64,000 nt of DNA, from positions 12,462,001 through 12,526,000 of the forward strand of contig OX597815.1 in the NCBI GenBank assembly GCA_951406725.2. Direction: 5' to 3'. This DNA is from Octopus vulgaris. Taxonomy: Eukaryota. Both the position numbers and the translations under genes were made by a program. The notes below the pieces were generated by a model. It saw only the letters and a program-made list of their open reading frames with translations, was not told where the DNA came from and ran no database searches. Positions 57,618-64,000 of this stretch are shown piece after piece (the first letter of the stretch is position 1; every line of letters begins with the position of its first letter).

Positions 57618-57769
57618 TACAAAAATGAATTTTGAAAGCACCAAGCAAAACTCCAACATGATCCATAGAGGAAAAATCGATTAAATATATGCTACTCAGG
57701 TTCTTTGTAATTACTTTGAGGCAACATATTTATATGCAGGTGACATATTTACATTCTCAATTACAATTA

Positions 57770-58100
57770 AGTTGTCGTAATGTCTTAAATATCTGATACA
57801 TCAATTGTTCTCTCCTACGCGCTGAATCAATGGAAATCACATCGCATTTTACTCTATATGCATTTTGCATTTAGCATTTTAATTATATTTGGAATCTTGT
57901 ATCAAGCAGAGCATTTTGAATTTTACTGAATACAAAGTTTCTATGAGAAATTTTATATCCATATCAATGGAAACAAGTGAATCTGGACTTGAAGAGATGG
58001 GACCTATATGCTGCTCGCCTTTATTACACATGTATTGTTACACACGTATACAGCTCCTTCTGTTCCCTTTCAAATTACGTCGTTTAACCTATCCCTGATT
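57770..58100 (+). pseudogene. Possible decayed class A GPCR, TM1-ICL2 remnant
   Basis: RNVLNI (~57776, GNxLNI-like), SICILHLAF* (~57853-57882), then in the same frame RIQLLLFPFKLRRL about 60 aa later (ICL2-like). Confidence 0.3.
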
Positions 58101-58786
58101 GTCAACTCATAACATTAAAAAATATTGTATTTAACTATTAAACGCACTGAACACCTACTTTTCAGGTTCACTGTAAAGCAATTCCCATTTAGGCAACAAA
58201 AAATCCATTCCCAGGAAAACTAATGCAGTACTGATATATGGGAGGAAAAACAACGCGTTTATAAACTGTTGAATTAGCTATAAGTACACGTATGTATATA
58301 TATATACATATATTCACGTTTATTCAAGAAAGAACACACACACGGAATTCTTGAACACTTTAACCTATTGCATAAATGACAACTTAATTCAATCAATTAA
58401 TTTTCAGTAATTTAATATCCGTACTTCAGCAAAATTGCTGCAATACAGTGTAATGCTGCAATACACTACCCGCGGTTATATCTTAGTTAATCTTAGAGCA
58501 GGGGGCCGCGAGCTGGCAGAATCGTTAGCACGCTTTACGAAATGCTTAGCCCTATTTCGTCTTTCGTCTCACGTTCCTCTACGATCCTCACGACACCTGA
58601 TGCGGGGTACACCGTACAACTGTTCAGGTAAAATTGATTTGACGGAGTGAGTGAGCTAATGTATGGCACATACATTTGATTACTATAAATTATTGGGTGT
58701 AGCTCGGCAAAAAGCCGAACGTCCATACGTCATTTTGACATATATCTACGAAACACTTTATTTATATGAATCACTTTATTGCTATA

Positions 58787-59182
58787 CTAGCAGTATCGCC
58801 CGGCGTTGCTTGGGTTTGTAAGGGAAATAACTATATAAGCATTTTTAGAGATGTAAAGTATAATAGCCATCTCAATATGGCTAACCACAAAGGGGTGGGG
58901 GTGTTACTGTAGCTTTTTACGTTCTGAGATTTAATAATAAATTTTTAGAGAGTTACTTCCCTTATATATGCCAAAAATGCATTAAAATGGGAAACATTGA
59001 TGGTAATTTTTTTAAAATTGTAGACTCATCGTAGACGCGCGCTAATACCCAGAAGGGCTCGATATGAATCACGACTCTAAGATACCCGGTTTTGGTTAAA
59101 CTGCACCGCAAAATGCGCGAGTAGTCAGGAATCTAAATCGTAGGAGACAGACAGCACACAACCTCTCTTTTATATATAAAAA
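58787..59182 (-). mobile_element. Non-autonomous Helitron-like element
   Basis: Reverse complement of the 19315/37133 family, including the CTAG end and hairpin; carries an extra internal segment at ~58850-58935. Confidence 0.85.
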
Positions 59183-59957
59183 TTTCACCTCACAGTACGC
59201 TGGCACTCAAGTAAACCATGGAGTGTAGAAGAAAGTTAGCGCCTCATTGCAGCATCATGTGAAGTACCCAGAGTTTGAAACATTGCCTTCTTCTCCATAT
59301 CACCTTGTTGTTAGTGTGAAATAATTTCCGCATATCAACTAGTTAATGATAGTGGTGTATATATATTGCCAGCTGTTCTGAATCATTTCCTGTACTGTAC
59401 TGCAGTTAAAGGTTCACATATTCTTCATCGCAATTTGAAATTCTTATTAAATTCATAGGTAAATATTATTGGAAGAGTTCTTTTTTATCATCTGTATTTC
59501 TTTGTTTGAAAGAATTATAGAATATTGAACATTTTCTTTGTGGTGATTATTTCCTCTATGCATTTTGTACAAGACGAGGCTAATCATGTGGTTAGTTAAC
59601 AAATATTCGTTATACAATCGTCCTAATTCACACCGAGAGTACATCAAAACTTTACGTTCTAAAACCTAGATATATTTTCATCATATATTGGAGTCAGTGA
59701 CAATTTTGTGCCACATAAAAATCAGACGCATAAGTGTATGTGCTTCTGCTTTTGTGTGTACGCGTGCATGCATGTGTACAAAATTCTGTAGCATGCGTAT
59801 ATGTACATGAACATAGAGATATATGGTGAGTACAGATGTGCGGGTTCTTCTAGAGCTAACATTTATTGGCATTTGACCCACCACGATACAAATATAGGAC
59901 TGACTTTGAAAGGAGTAGATAGTAGTTATGTATGTATGATCGGAACGTTTGTATACA

Positions 59958-60054
<97 letters not shown>

Positions 60055-60288
60055 GTATGAATATATATATACATATATTTATATATATGTATGTGTGTAT
60101 ATGTATATATATATGTATATATATATATATATCATTGTGTATGTATAATTAGGTATATATAAATATATATATATATGTACAGATAAATGTATATGTGCAT
60201 TAATATAGACATACATATAGGTATACATACATACACACAAACACTTACATATATATATATATTATATATACATATATATATATTATAT

Positions 60289-60349
<61 letters not shown>

Positions 60350-60497
60350 TATGTATACATACGTATATATATGAATATATATATCAATTTTTATGTATAT
60401 ATATATATGTAGTTTAATATATGTATATAGCTAAATATAGTATATGTATACACATACATAAATACATACCATATATATATATGTATGTACATATATA

Positions 60498-60540
<43 letters not shown>

Positions 60541-62424
60541 ATATATATATATATACGTGCCATATACATTTATCTTTAGTTCTGTACATTTGAATTACTT
60601 TAATATTCTGAGTTGTGTTTTATTAACCATGCATAGATGGTTTCCTTTATCCATCTTTCTTTCATACAGCAAACCTCTAAGGTTTTCCACTTACAACATC
60701 CTCCCAGCTATCTTTACTGGCTTACCTTTATCATTAGTTATTTTTTCTTCCACACCTCTATGAATATATTTTATTACTACACCTAATATATTCTGATTGT
60801 TCATATCTATTATGGTTTTCGATGGCTTTCGAATAAAATCATATCAGACTCAGATTCCGATCAATAGACGATTTGAAAACAGCTACGCAATGTTTAACGG
60901 CTATGCAATGTTCACGTATTCTACGACTATGATGACACATATTAATTATATATCAATTTATTCCACATTCATTGATCCATATATTGGAGCATATAGGTTG
61001 ATTATGAATGTGTTCAAGAGTATACGCTATGAGATCAATCATACATTATCGTATACAACGCTTAACCGATATGGAAAAGCACTTGCGAAACATCCATATC
61101 GTGTTTAAACATTAAACCTCTATCGCGTATGCGGATATACACGCATACATATGCATAGACGTAAATAGGTGCCAACGTATATACATACAGATTTATGAGC
61201 GTGTCTGTTTGTGTATATCCCATTATGATTCAGCTAGAATGAAATTCTTTTTAAAGTTCAAAATTACGTCTTTTTCCAATTTTCTATTCACCTGCATTAT
61301 GGTCAAATGCATCATATAAACTTCATGGGTGAGAGAAAATGCTTCAGGAGAGAGTGCTACGTTCTTAACAAAAATCTTCGAGAATCACATGGATACCATA
61401 GTGAGATGGATAGCTAGAGTAGAAACGAACTTGAGTTATTGAACATCTGAAAGCAATGAGCAAGAAAGAAAGATTTTTAGAATAAAGTAATTTAACTGAA
61501 ATATTTAGAATACAGAACTTTACTTTGTGCATCTTATGTTCCCTTTCGGGTAGCATGATTTACGGCTCACTGGGCATTTTGAGGATACTTATAATGAAGT
61601 CTTGCCAACTAAGTAGAACATATTTCACTGATGGGGTGTAATAATACAAAAGCACTTCCGTTTTTTATCACAACTTACTATTAACTTTTAGATCCCCTAC
61701 CATATGCACCATTATTACTTTCCGCATATCAAGATAATAATATTGGTGTTATCTCCATTACTTTGGTGTTTGATATTTTCAGTACTTTATAATTAAAGGG
61801 TACCTTTTGTATTGACACTAGGATTAATTTCTGCCAATCGACCTAGTTCATTTCAGAGAAGAAGACATATGTAATCCTCTACTATATGCATCTTTTATAT
61901 AGAACACTGTCACCTGACATATATAATAATCAGCATTTATGTTGGGATTAATAATCGGTGCCATCTCTATTCTTATATGTACTGAAGAATTGACAACTGA
62001 ACAAAGTATGCTACGAAGAGGTGAGTTAATAATCATAAAGAAGATTATGTCATTTATCAGTTTAATTTCAATATAAGCTTACTCCCATCTGTAGCGTCTT
62101 AATTGACATAATATTTCAATTGAGAACTTTTATTAAAGATAAGTGTTCCGCATTTAGAATCATACGCTTCTTCAATATATTACATCGGCAGACAGGTATC
62201 TCAAGACAGTTCAAAATAGGTGATGCATAGATCACTCTCTCCCTCTCCCGCTCTATATATATATATATATATGTATGTATGTGTGTGTGTGTGTCAGTGT
62301 GTCTGTGTCTGTATATATATGTAAAAAAAGTCAAGATAGAAAACACTCAGGTAATTATATATGCTATAATTATAAATGCTAAAATAATTATAATTATGGA
62401 AATCAAATATATATATATATATAT

Positions 62425-62490
<66 letters not shown>

Positions 62491-62565
62491 GCATATATAT
62501 GTATATATATGTGAGTGTACATATACATATATACATATGTATACATATATATATTTATTTATATA

Positions 62566-62616
<51 letters not shown>

Positions 62617-62657
62617 TATGCATATGTGTATATATATACATTTGTATGTATGTATAT

Positions 62658-62714
<57 letters not shown>

Positions 62715-64000
62715 CATATATATAAATATATATGTGTGTATATATATTTATAGACAGAGAGACAAATATTTGTGTGTGTGTGTGTGTGTGTGTGTATTTA
62801 CTTACACATACGTACATATTTGCATACACACATATGAGGGATTGCACAAACGAAAGATAATGGCTCACGTCACGTCTAGTAGTAGCTGCATATACGTAAC
62901 TTTTATTATTAAACAAAAGTTTTACTTACCACTATATGACTTACGGTTTTGTCGTCACCTAGGACGAACCCATTGCATCATATATCTTTCTGAAAAATCC
63001 ACGTGTGTGCCAATGTGAATATATGCATGCCAATATGTATGTACGCTTGTGCTTGCATAAATGCAACTCTAGTAGATATTAATTTTAGTAGTTAAGGCTC
63101 TAGCTTAATATGCATCGATTCCAATTGTAGAATACCAATTACCTGTTATTTTACAAATGTTTTCTCATCCGCGATGAATTGTAGCGAAATCAAGATCATG
63201 CGTGAATCACTTCATTGGTAGGTATTGTATAACTTCGTATATTTTACAGCAGCTATTCCATTTTCCTGACGATAGGGATACACGTGCTTGTTAGAGGCTA
63301 ATGCAACGAACAGGTTTGTCTCTTGATCAAAGAACTGATAAACTATTCGAAAGAGCAGTTATAATTTACTTTTTATCTATTTGCACGCAAACACACATGC
63401 ATACACAAACTTATATGTATATGTTTCCTGCATGTTGAAGCAGGTGAGAATGTGTATATGTTTGTCGGCTACTAATGTATCTAAAAGAGAACACTCGTCA
63501 AAGAGTGGATGAAGCTATGATGGTTACGTATTTGCATTCTTGTAGATACAGACCATTTTACAGATTTCGCCAAGATAAGTAAACTTTCACAACTTTCTCA
63601 GAGAAATAAGTAAAGCAAAATTACCAAGAAATATATATATATAACATAAATGTAACACAGAATATAGCTTTACCTACAAAAGAGATTATGGAAAAACGAA
63701 GTGGTAATTGAATCACATACATGCTGGAGTCATTATTTATTACTTGCGGCGAATATACAGTCCTGCATTGATGTAGCACAGGGTTTCCATAAATTCGTTA
63801 GGTACAGTAAGGTAAAAAAAAAAAAAAAATACAACTGAAACACTCAAAGACGCAGAAAATAATCTTTCAGTAAGTACCATTGTGTCTGAAAAACTATACA
63901 CACACAAAACTGAGAACAAACGAATATGTGGAAACCACAAAAATGCAGATACAAATATGGAAATATGCGCCAGTTAATAAACCTATAGATATATGTACAC

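Noticed and set aside
59453-63940. Isolated TM2-like words (KNSSNNIYL at ~59460; SFSDTMVL at ~63880, minus strand)
   Set aside because: Single motifs are expected by chance in AT-rich DNA and cannot be supported without a profile search.

Overview
This is AT-rich eukaryotic genomic DNA dense in microsatellites ((TA)n, (CA)n, (TACA)n, (TAGA)n, (TTA)n). The SINE families and repeat landscape most resemble an octopus or other coleoid cephalopod; this is recognition by eye, not a database result. I find no intact protein-coding gene, and almost every ORF in the track is a translated microsatellite. The window is a mosaic of two tRNA-derived SINE families, fragments of Penelope-like elements (PLEs), RLE-type (R4/Dong-like), CR1/L2-like and RTE-like LINE fragments, decayed mariner and Tc1 transposases, and non-autonomous Helitrons. 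Four things stand out. (1) There are three independent fold-back (inverted-repeat) structures, one clearly and two probably PLE-derived. (2) Several minimal type I hammerhead ribozyme motifs occur, two with intact catalytic cores (~418-454 and ~20028-20081). (3) A 184-bp headless SINE monomer occurs both in tandem arrays and as a solo insertion with a 15-bp target-site duplication. (4) Several non-repetitive islands carry ordered, frameshifted rhodopsin-class GPCR motifs, suggesting a decayed single-exon GPCR cluster; support is best at ~20720-21650. Element boundaries are approximate unless exact motifs are quoted.
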